Source of the DNA: Bacteroidota bacterium
GTDB lineage: Bacteria > Bacteroidota > Bacteroidia > Chitinophagales > Chitinophagaceae
Assembly (NCBI GenBank): GCA_018266775.1
Contig: JAFDZS010000003.1
Location: 1 to 64,000, forward strand
Direction of reading: 5' to 3'
Length of the DNA stretch: 64,000 nt
Shown: in pieces, positions 28,168 through 37,881 of the stretch
Layout: every line of letters starts with the position of its first letter
Numbering within the stretch: the first letter of the stretch is position 1
The notes under the pieces: model-generated
What the model was told of the DNA's origin: nothing
The model's input: only the letters and a program-made list of their open reading frames with translations
Database searches by the model: none
Translations under genes and position numbers: made by a program

Positions 28168-30105
28168 TTATTTTCCACCGGCATTACTGTCCGGTTCTTT
28201 CTTTGCAGCTTCATTTTTCTTTGCTATGTCTTCCAGTAATTTTAAACCGAGTAAGCCACTGATGGGGCCGTTGGCGCCGTCTCCTCCGCCTCCAATCAAA
28301 ATATCCGGCATAATTTTGATGTTTTGCGCTCCGATGGCTTCCATCACTTTTAACTGGGTAAAGTTATCGCCGCCCATAGCTTCTACTGAAAGCTTGTAGG
28401 CCTCCGCATTGGAACGTCCGATAGCAAGGATTTTTTCCGCTTCTGCATTACCGGTAAGAGAAATTTTTTCTGCATCCGCTTTTGCCAGCAATTCGATTTG
28501 TTCAGCATTTGCTTTTGCGAGTACCCGTATCCGTTCCGCATCACCATTCGCCAGTAATTTCAAGCGGTCGGCTTCTGCTGTTGACTGCAAACGTACGCTG
28601 TTGGCTTCGCCAGTGGCTTTCTTCACCGATGCATCGGCCACCCTTTCTGCAATCACCACACCCTGGTCTGCTTTTACAATCTCTTTCTGCATATCTGCAA
28701 TGGCTGTTTCCTTTTCCAAACTCTGGCGGGTTTCCTGCGCCTGCTTTTCTGTTTCGTAAGTTATTTTTTGTTCTTCTGCAATCTTTCTGTCAGTCAATGT
28801 TTTCATCAAACTGTCCGGCGGGGTGATGTCGCCAATCAAAGTATCTACGCCAAAAACATTATACAGGTCAAGCACTTTGCCAATATGTTGTTTCGCCGAT
28901 TCCTGCCTTTCTTTACGTGTACCCAGGAAGGCAATAACATCGCTGTCCTGTGCACTGTTACGGAAATAGTTGCCGATAGTAGGTTCCAGCACCTGGCTCA
29001 CCAGGTTATTCATATTACCAAAGCGGGCAATTACTTTTGGCGCTTCAGTGGTGGGTATATGAATGATCTGCGATACATCGAGGTTGAACGGAAAGCCGTC
29101 TTTACTGCGTACCGTAATGGTAGATAAATTTTTATCCAGCTGGTGGCTTTCGCTCCGTGCATTTGCCCAGTTCAGTACCAGGTTGGTGGTGGGCACCAAT
29201 TCCACTTTCATAATAAATGGATTGATAGGGTATTTACCGGGGCCTAACGGTTCTGCCCAAACGCCTTTTTCTCCCTTTGAAACAATATTGCCATGTTTGA
29301 ATTCCACACCACTCAGGTCAACACCTTCTGCACCAACATAACTGATTACCACGCCCACATGGCCAATGGGAATTTCAGTCATATTCACCATATCCACTTT
29401 GGCAAACCATGGATTGAGGAAGTATGTACCGGCCAGTATCACCTGTTCCTGCAAGCCTTTGCAACCACCTTTTTGTAAAAAGGTATCCACATCCTGGAAT
29501 TTGTTATGCCCTTCAATCAGTCCGCCGGCAATTTGCCCCTCTCCCAGCGGTTTACCTTCCTGCGTGGTTACCACGCCTACGGCATTATCGGGAATAGAAG
29601 TCATATCCGTCATGATCACTTCAAACAAAAAGGTGTTGATGCGGTAACTACCGGGTGTGATCACCGCTGTTTGCCGCCCTTTTCGTCCACCATTTTTCAG
29701 GAACGCTACAGCATCCTGGAAACTGTCGCATTCAATTTTACGGCCCAGGATGGCACCGGTTTCCAGCTCACCCCCATCTTTGGCTAATACAAGCCCCAGT
29801 TGCCCTGTCGGGATAATGGTAAATGGTTGAAAACGGATCTCGTATTGCCAGATCCATTTTGCAAAATAAATTCCGGGAGGCAATGTTTGTGCCTGGAAGC
29901 CGGCTTCACCATCGGTGGCGATGATGCGGCCTTCCGGCAATTGCTGTTTACCGAAGAGTACAAATTTTTTCGTTACCAGGCCAATCCGGTCTTCGGGTAC
30001 AATTACAACACCAAAGAATACCCGCAAAATAAAGCGGTAAAACAAGAGTACAAATAATGGGATGCCGATGATGAGGCTCCATTTCATTAATTCATGAGAA
30101 TCCAT
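28168..30105 (-). CDS. Flotillin-family (SPFH/band-7) membrane protein
   Basis: N-terminal TM, SPFH domain, and a long Ala/Glu-rich coiled-coil tail with repeated AEA motifs (LLANGDAERIRVLAKANAEQIELLAKADAEKISLTGNAEAEKILAIGRSNAEAYK) typical of bacterial flotillins. Confidence 0.85.
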   Translation of the reverse strand: MDSHELMKWSLIIGIPLFVLLFYRFILRVFFGVVIVPEDRIGLVTKKFVLFGKQQLPEGRIIATDGEAGFQAQTLPPGIYFAKWIWQYEIRFQPFTIIPTGQLGLVLAKDGGELETGAILGRKIECDSFQDAVAFLKNGGRKGRQTAVITPGSYRINTFLFEVIMTDMTSIPDNAVGVVTTQEGKPLGEGQIAGGLIEGHNKFQDVDTFLQKGGCKGLQEQVILAGTYFLNPWFAKVDMVNMTEIPIGHVGVVISYVGAEGVDLSGVEFKHGNIVSKGEKGVWAEPLGPGKYPINPFIMKVELVPTTNLVLNWANARSESHQLDKNLSTITVRSKDGFPFNLDVSQIIHIPTTEAPKVIARFGNMNNLVSQVLEPTIGNYFRNSAQDSDVIAFLGTRKERQESAKQHIGKVLDLYNVFGVDTLIGDITPPDSLMKTLTDRKIAEEQKITYETEKQAQETRQSLEKETAIADMQKEIVKADQGVVIAERVADASVKKATGEANSVRLQSTAEADRLKLLANGDAERIRVLAKANAEQIELLAKADAEKISLTGNAEAEKILAIGRSNAEAYKLSVEAMGGDNFTQLKVMEAIGAQNIKIMPDILIGGGGDGANGPISGLLGLKLLEDIAKKNEAAKKEPDSNAGGK

Positions 30106-30399
30106 ATTGTCAGGGTTTTAGTTGATGAAAATAACAAATGTTTACTATCAGCCGGTGAAATGATATTCACCAGTTATACCACAGCATTCTGCTGTTGCTT
30201 ATTACAGCTGCTTTGGGGGAGAAGTATTGAAATGGCAGAGAATAAAATCGCTGAGGTAAAAGGGAATAACAGCAGTGCGGTGGTTCATTGTAAATAAAAT
30301 TACCACACAAAGTTTAGCCGAATATGGATGTGCTGCATATGAATTGAGGATGGATGGTAAAGGATGATGCAGGACTGGATGAAATGCATGCACGGATGG

Positions 30400-30434
30400 C
30401 AAATAAAAAGCCGCAAAGTATTGCTTTGCGGCTT
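30400..30434 (-). terminator. Rho-independent terminator of the alpha-glucan phosphorylase gene
   Basis: AAGCCGCAAAG-tatt-GCTTTGCGGCTT hairpin. On the minus strand it is followed by TTTTTATTT. Confidence 0.6.
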
Positions 30435-30452
30435 ATGTTGGGAGTTAGTATC

Positions 30453-32105
30453 TTATTTATACAAAATTTCGTAGTACTCCTGTGCCATACGGTTACTGTC
30501 AAACTGGAAACGTACATCACGCATGCCATTCTGGATAATCTGCCTCCACGTGTCGTAGTTGTCATAGTATAAAGGCAGCACCTGGTTTTCCAGTATATCA
30601 TATAACTGATCCAGGTCGTATTGATCCTGTTCCATTACGCTGATATTTTCATAATCTACCGGCGGAACAACAAATCCGTTATTACCATGATGAACAAATT
30701 CACAGATCCACCCATCGTTAGTGCTGCAGTTCACAGAACCGTTCATTGCTGCAGTCATACCGCTGGTGCCGCTTGCTTCACGTGGTACACGCGGATTGTT
30801 CAGCCAAAGGTCTGATGCCTGTTTCAACCGTTTACTCAACGATAATTCGTAGCCCGTGCATACCGCCACGTTTTTATAATTCTTACTTAAATGCACCAGG
30901 TTATTAAAATCGCTGATAGCAGGATAATCCAGCGGATATGGTTTGCCCGCCCAGATCATCTGCACTGGATATTTCGTATTGGTAACTAATTTTTCGAAAC
31001 GGGCCATATCACGGGTCAGCAAATCAGCTCTTTTATATCCTGCAAAACGGCGTGCCCATACAATGGTAAACACATGCGGATTAAACAGTTTTCCGGTTTG
31101 ATCAGCCACAATATCAAAAGCCCTTTTCTTCAAATATTTTTTGCGGTCATCAAATGCAGCAGCATTGCTTTCATTCATGAAATGATACAATTGTTTATCT
31201 GACCAGTAAAACCAGTTTTGTGCATTGGTGATGGCTTTGATCTCACATATGCCGGGGTACTTGCCCCACATCTTCCTGCTCACTTCTCCATGCAGCTGGC
31301 TTACTCCGTTGGCTAAATGTGCAAAGCGTAATGCTGCCAATGAGTGATTGAACAAATCGCCATCCATTCCTGTGATCTTTCTTACTTCATCCAAAGGCAC
31401 ACCGCAGAAATAACTCATCTTTTCACAGAGGAAAATATCATGCTTTTCATTTCCGGCTTCTTCTGGTGTATGTGTGGTGAAAACCATCTTCTCTTTCACT
31501 GCGTCCACACTGCCTAATTTTTTGTATAGGTGAAAGGCCGCACTTACGGCATGGGCTTCATTAAGATGGTATAAGTCTGGTTTGAAGTTGAGTAAATCAA
31601 TCAGCTGTGCACCACCCACACCCAATAGAATAAACTGGGCTACTTTTGTAGCCACGTTGGCATCATATAACCGGTGAGTGATGGTTTGAGATACATAATC
31701 ATTCTCCGGTAAATCGGTACTTAATAAAAAGAGCGGGGCTGATTTGAATGTTTCCGGGTTGAGGTACCAGGCTTTTACCCAAACCGGATGTTCATGAATA
31801 TTCACCTGGAATTTGATGCCGGTATCTTCTAAAAAGTTATAAATTTTTTCGTTCCATTGCACCTGGAGGGTTTGATCCTGGTTGCGTGCCTGGTCGTAAT
31901 AACCATACTTCCACAATATTCCAATACCAATGAGGTTTTGCCTGAGTTCATATGCACTGCGCATGTGAGAGCCGCTTAAAAAACCCAAACCACCGCTGTA
32001 AATTTTCAGTGGCTGGTGCACAGCAAATTCCATGGAAAAGTAAGCAATACGTTTACCAAAACGCTCATCGATAGAATACGGGACATTGAAATTAGTAAAA
32101 CTCAT
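30453..32105 (-). CDS. Alpha-glucan-family phosphorylase (short GlgP-like, GT35)
   Basis: 550 aa. N-terminal FSMEFAVHQPLKIYSGGLGFLSGSHMRSA and a PLP-lysine region typical of the ~550-aa alpha-glucan phosphorylase family. Confidence 0.85.
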   Translation of the reverse strand: MSFTNFNVPYSIDERFGKRIAYFSMEFAVHQPLKIYSGGLGFLSGSHMRSAYELRQNLIGIGILWKYGYYDQARNQDQTLQVQWNEKIYNFLEDTGIKFQVNIHEHPVWVKAWYLNPETFKSAPLFLLSTDLPENDYVSQTITHRLYDANVATKVAQFILLGVGGAQLIDLLNFKPDLYHLNEAHAVSAAFHLYKKLGSVDAVKEKMVFTTHTPEEAGNEKHDIFLCEKMSYFCGVPLDEVRKITGMDGDLFNHSLAALRFAHLANGVSQLHGEVSRKMWGKYPGICEIKAITNAQNWFYWSDKQLYHFMNESNAAAFDDRKKYLKKRAFDIVADQTGKLFNPHVFTIVWARRFAGYKRADLLTRDMARFEKLVTNTKYPVQMIWAGKPYPLDYPAISDFNNLVHLSKNYKNVAVCTGYELSLSKRLKQASDLWLNNPRVPREASGTSGMTAAMNGSVNCSTNDGWICEFVHHGNNGFVVPPVDYENISVMEQDQYDLDQLYDILENQVLPLYYDNYDTWRQIIQNGMRDVRFQFDSNRMAQEYYEILYK

Positions 32106-32419
32106 TATGTTTCTTTTTTTGAGGTCGCAATATAAATGGAAATTTCAGTATTACAGCCGCTTTGGGTCAAAATATTGTGTACCTGTGACACATTAGTTTT
32201 TCTTGAGCGGGCAATACTTACAATCAGTTCCATGCAATGTAAAAATGAGATGCCGCAGCAATGATTGGTTGTAATGGTGTTCAAACACTGTTCACCATAT
32301 TTACAATGATCAACATTCACTTCTGCGCTACAGAACAAGCTGGTAATACGATTAAAAACGGGCCATACGATAAACGCATCATACGGCAAAAAAGTATTTC
32401 CTCCCGGGATAACTTTCAC
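32105..32419 (-). CDS. Hypothetical Cys-rich small protein, translationally coupled (TAATG) to the phosphorylase gene
   Basis: 104 aa with 7 Cys (HCKYGEQC...HCCG...HC). Its stop overlaps the phosphorylase ATG by 1 nt on the minus strand. I recognise no homolog, so it may be a spurious ORF. Confidence 0.3.
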   Translation of the reverse strand: MKVIPGGNTFLPYDAFIVWPVFNRITSLFCSAEVNVDHCKYGEQCLNTITTNHCCGISFLHCMELIVSIARSRKTNVSQVHNILTQSGCNTEISIYIATSKKET

Positions 32420-32566
32420 AATCGTTATACTTGATACAATTTAAGGGTAAAGGTAACCCCGAAACTTTTCTATACGCTGTAAATAGATATTCACATTTGC
32501 GGCATTAATGTCAATAAGACTCGATTTAACTTCAACAGGTTGCCAAAGAATAATATTTTGATAAAA

Positions 32567-33097
32567 TCAAAACCGGGATGCATTTTTTTGCATTATCAAA
32601 TCGCTGTACGATTGTGCTACATAATTTTCCTGTTCAATACCAAAGAACCGGGCATAGTAGTTACATTGTTCCTGCAGTTGTTCAACTCCAATTGCACCGC
32701 TACGGTCAATAGCCTCCACTTCAACAAAGGTTCCCAAACCTTCCAGTGTATCAAAATGAAATTTTACATTGTTGATGAAATAAATCTTCCTTCGTTTGTC
32801 CACCACCACTTTTATCCCGTTCACACGGGTTAAAATATCTTTCAGGTTTTTATCAGGCTGATGCTGGTATAAAATAATGTCTGACTGTTTTGCACCCGCC
32901 GTATTTTTTCTTTCATAAAAGATAAGGGCGTTTTCAATATTGCCTTCCCTCAATTTCAGTCTTCCCTCCGGCACATTGAAATAAGTATCCACCTGGTGGT
33001 CTTCACCGGCAAACTGTGGGTTCAGGGTTAGCAGTTGCGTTTCCAAAGCGGCAATATTGCCGGCCCTTGCTTTAAATTCAAAATTTATCGTTGGCAT
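32567..33097 (-). CDS. CYTH-domain protein (class IV adenylate cyclase / CyaB-like triphosphate tunnel metalloenzyme)
   Basis: 176 aa. N-terminal EFKAR acidic motif and alternating charged beta-strands typical of CYTH (INFEFKARAG...LKLREG...ILYQHQ...VVDKRRKIY). Confidence 0.7.
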   Translation of the reverse strand: MPTINFEFKARAGNIAALETQLLTLNPQFAGEDHQVDTYFNVPEGRLKLREGNIENALIFYERKNTAGAKQSDIILYQHQPDKNLKDILTRVNGIKVVVDKRRKIYFINNVKFHFDTLEGLGTFVEVEAIDRSGAIGVEQLQEQCNYYARFFGIEQENYVAQSYSDLIMQKNASRF

Positions 33098-33107
33098 GTA
33101 TTTTCTT

Positions 33108-33491
33108 TTATGCTTCCACTATAGCTGTTACTTCAATTTCCACCAGTAAATCATCATTGATCAACCGGCTTACTTCCACCATGGTGGCCACTGGTTTTAT
33201 TGTTTTAAAAAATTCACCATGCGCTTTGCCTACCGCCTCCCATTGGGAAATATCAGTAACAAATGTTCTCGTTCTTACTACATCATTCAATGTGGCACCG
33301 GCCTGTTGGAGGGCTTTTTCAATTTTTTGAAAAACATAAAAGGCCTGTGCATAAATATCTCCTTTGCCTATTAATATGTCACCATCCATTGCGGTGGTGC
33401 CAGCCACTTCAATTACATTACCAATACGTACTGCACGGCTGTAGCCAACAATATCTTCCCAGGGAGAACCGGAACTGATGAGCGTTTTCAT
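33108..33491 (-). CDS. ridA: RidA/YjgF-family reactive-intermediate deaminase
   Basis: 127 aa. Conserved RidA fold motifs (AVRIGNVIEVAGTTA...; RTRTFVTDISQWEAVGKAHGEFF; PVATMVEVSRL). Confidence 0.8.
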   Translation of the reverse strand: MKTLISSGSPWEDIVGYSRAVRIGNVIEVAGTTAMDGDILIGKGDIYAQAFYVFQKIEKALQQAGATLNDVVRTRTFVTDISQWEAVGKAHGEFFKTIKPVATMVEVSRLINDDLLVEIEVTAIVEA

Positions 33492-33576
33492 GTTATGCTA
33501 TTTTTAAAATTTACTGCTGAACTGTAAAAATATCATATTTTATTTTTAGATTTGTCTAAAATTTATTTTTACAATC

Positions 33577-34236
33577 ATGAACTTTTCCGTCAGCGAAGAA
33601 AATTATATTAAATGCATTTACCACCTGCAGCAGGACACCGGCATGGTAAATACCAATGCACTGGCTGCAGAAATGCAAACCAAAGCAGCTTCTGTTACAG
33701 ACATGCTGAAAAAATTATCGTCTAAAAAAATACTGCAGTACGAAAAATACCACGGCTTCAAACTTACTGATAATGGCCGCAAAGTAGCGTTGAGTGTAGT
33801 GCGCAAGCACCGCCTTTGGGAATATTTTTTAGTGGAGAAACTGGGCTTTGAATGGGACAAAGTGCATGATATTGCGGAAGAACTGGAACACATCAGCAGC
33901 AATGAATTGATTGAACGTTTACAACAATTCCTGGGCAATCCTTCCTTCGATCCGCATGGCGACCCGATACCGGACAGCAATGGAAAAATCCCTAAACTGA
34001 ACCAGGTGAATTTAGCCACATTACAATTAAATAAAACTGCTGTGGTAAGTTCAGTGGCCAACCAGTCGCCGCAAATGCTGGAAATGCTGAAGCATTATTC
34101 CATCCGTATAGGTTCTTCCATAAAACTGTTGAAGCGTTTTGAATTTGATGGATCGCTGGAGATCAAAGTAGGTAAACAGGCTTCCTGCATCATCAGCGAA
34201 CCAATTGCTAAAAATTTATTTGTACATTATGAATGA
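33577..34236 (+). CDS. DtxR/MntR-family metal-dependent transcriptional regulator with a C-terminal FeoA/SH3-like domain
   Basis: wHTH region (NYIKCIYHLQQDTG...ALAAEMQTKAASVTDMLKKL), metal-binding dimerisation helix (RKHRLWEYFLVEKLGFEWDKVHDIAEELEHISS), and a C-terminal FeoA-like region. Confidence 0.85.
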   Translation: MNFSVSEENYIKCIYHLQQDTGMVNTNALAAEMQTKAASVTDMLKKLSSKKILQYEKYHGFKLTDNGRKVALSVVRKHRLWEYFLVEKLGFEWDKVHDIAEELEHISSNELIERLQQFLGNPSFDPHGDPIPDSNGKIPKLNQVNLATLQLNKTAVVSSVANQSPQMLEMLKHYSIRIGSSIKLLKRFEFDGSLEIKVGKQASCIISEPIAKNLFVHYE

Positions 34237-36106
34237 CCCAAACCATTTGCACGCATCGTTAAGCGAAGTGCATGAATCCATTGATACCACGAAGAGGAAA
34301 ATCGGCTGGAGAAAGATATTCTCCTTCCTGGGGCCCGCATATCTTGTTAGTGTAGGTTATATGGATCCCGGTAACTGGGCTACCGACCTTGCCGGTGGCA
34401 GTAAGTTTGGGTATACACTCATCTGGGTGTTACTGATGAGCAACCTGATGGCTTTGCTGCTGCAGGGCTTATCTGCAAGGCTGGGTATTGTTCGCCGCCG
34501 CGACCTGGCACAGGCTAACAGGGAAACATACCCGAAACAAGTTAACATTGCGTTATGGCTGCTGGCAGAAATTGCCATTGCTGCCTGCGACCTTGCTGAA
34601 GTATTGGGCATGGCAATTGGCTTACAACTGCTTACCGGCCTGCCTTTGATATGGGGTGTTTCGCTTACTGTACTGGATACTTTTCTGTTGCTTTACCTGC
34701 AAAAGCTGGGCATGCGCAAGATGGAAGCCTTCATTATTACATTGGTGGGCATTGTGGCCATTGCCTTTCTTATAGAAATTATTATGGCAAAACCCGCTGC
34801 GGCGGAAGTTGCACGGGGGTTGATTCCGCATTTCACCAATGAAGAAGCGTTATATATTGCCATTGGCATCATCGGCGCAACGGTAATGCCGCATAACCTG
34901 TACCTGCATTCTGCATTAGTGCAAACACGCAAGATTGAACGCAGGACAGAAGGCATTAAACAGGCTTTACGTTTTAACCGCATCGACAGTACCATTGCAC
35001 TCAACATTGCTTTTTTGGTAAATGCGGCCATACTGGTATTGGCCGCGACGGTATTTTTTAAAACCGGTAACAGTAATGTGGCAGAAATTAAAGAAGCCCA
35101 CCGCCTGCTGCCCGGCTTTTTAGGCAATGCTGCCCCGGTTTTATTTGCCATCGCATTAATTGCCGCAGGGCAAAGCAGTACGGTTACGGGTACACTGGCA
35201 GGGCAGATTATTATGGAAGGTTACCTCAGCTTACGTATCAACCCCATGCTGCGCCGGTTGATAACCCGCCTGCTGGCCATTGTACCTGCGTTACTCGTTA
35301 TTATTATTAAAGGAGAAAACAATGTGGATGCTTTACTTGTACTGAGCCAGGTTATACTGAGTTTGCAACTGGGCTTTGCTATCATCCCGCTGATTCACTT
35401 TGTGAGCGATAAAAAAACGATGGGCAGTTTTGCCATCAAACCACTCACACAAATGACAGCTTGGGTTATTGCCGCCATTTTAATTTACCTGAATATTAAA
35501 ATGCTGGTGAATGAATCTGCTGATGTTTTTATCTCCGGGCATTGGCTGATGAAAATAATACTCTCCGTTTTGGGACTGCTTTTTTCAGGATTATTGGCCT
35601 ATATTATTTTACATCCGTTTATTACCCGGCATCAATCTTCCGTATCCATTCAAATGCACCCTAATGCAAACATCATTAAGCAACTTGAAATTCCCTCTTT
35701 CAATAAAATTGCAGTTGCGTTAGACTATAGCGCCAACGATGAAAAACTTTTGGCGTATGCCATTGGGCAAGGGCGTGATAATACCAATTACCTGCTGATA
35801 CACGTGGTGGAAAGTGCCGCTGCTAAATTATTCGGCAATGAAAGTGATGACTTTGAAACCCGGAAAGATGCGGAACAGATGGAACATTATGTACTGCAAC
35901 TGAAACAGCGCGGCTTTGATGCCGAAGGCAAACTAGGTTTTCACAGCAGGGTAAAAGAAATTGTGCGTATGGTGAATGAAAATAATGCAGATATGCTGGT
36001 GATTGGCGCTCACGGTCATACTGCTTTAAAAGATTTTATTTATGGAGAAACCGTGAATGCAGTGAGGCATGAATTGAAGATACCCGTACTGGTGGTGAAT
36101 TTGTGA
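34229..36106 (+). CDS. mntH: Nramp-family divalent metal (Mn2+/Fe2+) transporter fused to a C-terminal UspA domain
   Basis: Nramp signature GPAYLVSVGYMDPGNWATDLAGG and 11-12 TM. The C-terminal ~140 aa (IAVALDYSANDEKLLAYAIGQ...MLVIGAHGHTALKDFIYGETVNAVRHELKIPVLVV) is a Usp domain. The start overlaps the DtxR stop (ATGAATGA). Confidence 0.85.
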   Translation: MNDPNHLHASLSEVHESIDTTKRKIGWRKIFSFLGPAYLVSVGYMDPGNWATDLAGGSKFGYTLIWVLLMSNLMALLLQGLSARLGIVRRRDLAQANRETYPKQVNIALWLLAEIAIAACDLAEVLGMAIGLQLLTGLPLIWGVSLTVLDTFLLLYLQKLGMRKMEAFIITLVGIVAIAFLIEIIMAKPAAAEVARGLIPHFTNEEALYIAIGIIGATVMPHNLYLHSALVQTRKIERRTEGIKQALRFNRIDSTIALNIAFLVNAAILVLAATVFFKTGNSNVAEIKEAHRLLPGFLGNAAPVLFAIALIAAGQSSTVTGTLAGQIIMEGYLSLRINPMLRRLITRLLAIVPALLVIIIKGENNVDALLVLSQVILSLQLGFAIIPLIHFVSDKKTMGSFAIKPLTQMTAWVIAAILIYLNIKMLVNESADVFISGHWLMKIILSVLGLLFSGLLAYIILHPFITRHQSSVSIQMHPNANIIKQLEIPSFNKIAVALDYSANDEKLLAYAIGQGRDNTNYLLIHVVESAAAKLFGNESDDFETRKDAEQMEHYVLQLKQRGFDAEGKLGFHSRVKEIVRMVNENNADMLVIGAHGHTALKDFIYGETVNAVRHELKIPVLVVNL

Positions 36107-36219
36107 ATTGGTTAAGTGGGTAAATAGTTGATTGGTTAATTAGTGTAAACAGTGAAAATCCGTGCAAAGGGTTAAGCTTTATTGGACATTGTTCATCATC
36201 CATTGTCAATTATCCATTA

Positions 36220-36789
36220 TTAATTCTTCTTCATCAATTCCTTCAGCTTTTCATTCCATGTTTCCTGCTCATCAGTGAACAGCCCGTTATGTGTTTCCCC
36301 ATCATAACTATCCTGCATTTGCTGCATGTATTTGTAACAGAAGTTGTATGTCCGTTCAATAACATCTCCATAATTCTGCAATGTCATCGTGGTTTTTTGC
36401 AAACTGTCTAAGAATCTCCAGGCGGCCAGGTAAGCAATATTGAAATGGTTCTGTTCGTGGTTAAGTGCATAGCTGCTTTCACGCCCCGTACGCACCCATG
36501 AATCTTTTTTACTGAAGTAACAAAATACAGTGATATAAATGCTGCCCACATTATTGGTACGTTTCATTACCGCATCATAACCAAAGCCTGATGCGGTAAC
36601 TGCAATTGCATTGTAAGGCGCACCGGGTTTGCCTTCGAAGTCTTTCCATTCCAGTTTCGTTGAGGGAGTATAAAATATGGTATCGCCACTTTCAGCTATT
36701 TCTTTGCCTGACCACTGCGCCATTACCACTACCTGCGCAGCAGCAGGAAATACCAACAGTACCATTACAATTACGAGTAAGAATTTCAT
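36220..36789 (-). CDS. Secreted hypothetical protein with an HExxH motif (DUF922-like)
   Basis: Signal peptide MKFLLVIVMVLLVFPAAAQ. HEQNH (HExxH) in YALNHEQNHFNIAY. I assign it to the DUF922 family from memory. Confidence 0.45.
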   Translation of the reverse strand: MKFLLVIVMVLLVFPAAAQVVVMAQWSGKEIAESGDTIFYTPSTKLEWKDFEGKPGAPYNAIAVTASGFGYDAVMKRTNNVGSIYITVFCYFSKKDSWVRTGRESSYALNHEQNHFNIAYLAAWRFLDSLQKTTMTLQNYGDVIERTYNFCYKYMQQMQDSYDGETHNGLFTDEQETWNEKLKELMKKN

Positions 36790-36822
36790 AGTTGCTGAAC
36801 TTATGACTCAAATCAACAACAA

Positions 36823-37824
36823 TTATTTTTTGCCGAGGCGGTGGTTCACCATATTTACAATTTCATTAACAGCAATCTGCTCCATACATTTAAAATGCCG
36901 CCGGGGACATTTTTTATAACCAATTTTACTGCATGGCCTGCACCAGAGTTGCTCCACTTGCACCACATCATAATGCTGTGCTGATAATTTACCGTAATAC
37001 GGATACATGCCAAACTCCGGCACTGTATTGCCCCAGATGGAAATGATGGGTTTTTGCAAAGCAGCTGCAATGTGCATCAGTCCTGTATCGTGAGTGATCA
37101 CCAGTTTGGCGTTGCGAACAATATCTGCAGATTCATTCAAATTAAATTTACCGCAGGCATTGTAAATTTTAATATCATCCCCAGCGGCTATAGCGGCGCC
37201 TTCCACTGCATCATTTTTATCGCCCAATAAAACAATGGGGTATTGTATAGCAGTACACAATTCTTTTAACTTGTGCAGCGGCATCTTTTTTGTGTTGAGT
37301 GCGGCACCAATTACCACCGCGATATAACCCAGCAGGTGTGATGCAGGTAAATCTTCCTGTCTAATACAATCTTTCTCCGGAATAAAATAATCCAGGCCAA
37401 GTCCGTCATTTTGTACACCCAATCGGGCAACAGTTTCCAGGTTGCGGTCAACAATATGTTTATCCGGCAGTGTGTTGATCTTGAAATTGGTGTAGATAAA
37501 TTTCTCAACATTCAGCTTGTTGTAAGATGAAGACTTTACTTTTTTCAGGAATCTTTTTATCCGCAGTGTACGCAGGTTGTGGTGCAGGTCGATGATATGA
37601 TCATATTCTTCTGTCATCAATTCATGCAGCATTAATTCAAAACTATCGCTGAGCGTATGAATTTTATCGATATAAGGATTAGACTCCAGTATACCCTTAA
37701 ATGATTGCTTGGTAAGAAAATGTATTTCCCCTTCGGGATATTGTTTGCGCAGGCAACGTACTACAGGTGTGGTTAATACAATATCACCAATAGAAGAAAA
37801 GCGTATGATTAAAAATTTCGGCAC
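36823..37824 (-). CDS. Glycosyltransferase family 9 (LPS heptosyltransferase-like)
   Basis: N-terminal KFLIIRFSSIGDIVLTTPVVRCLRKQYP, canonical for GT9 (RfaF/RfaC-like). Confidence 0.8.
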   Translation of the reverse strand: MPKFLIIRFSSIGDIVLTTPVVRCLRKQYPEGEIHFLTKQSFKGILESNPYIDKIHTLSDSFELMLHELMTEEYDHIIDLHHNLRTLRIKRFLKKVKSSSYNKLNVEKFIYTNFKINTLPDKHIVDRNLETVARLGVQNDGLGLDYFIPEKDCIRQEDLPASHLLGYIAVVIGAALNTKKMPLHKLKELCTAIQYPIVLLGDKNDAVEGAAIAAGDDIKIYNACGKFNLNESADIVRNAKLVITHDTGLMHIAAALQKPIISIWGNTVPEFGMYPYYGKLSAQHYDVVQVEQLWCRPCSKIGYKKCPRRHFKCMEQIAVNEIVNMVNHRLGKK

Positions 37825-37881
37825 CGTTCAATAAGGTTTCAATTACATTTCCACAAAGTCAAGGTCGTCGTGAAAAGTTTC

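Noticed and set aside
28409-30057. Multiple plus-strand ORFs (85-119 aa) opposite the flotillin gene
   Set aside because: They are antisense shadow ORFs within a well-supported 645-aa flotillin CDS. Their translations are Ser/Ala/Pro-rich and low-complexity.
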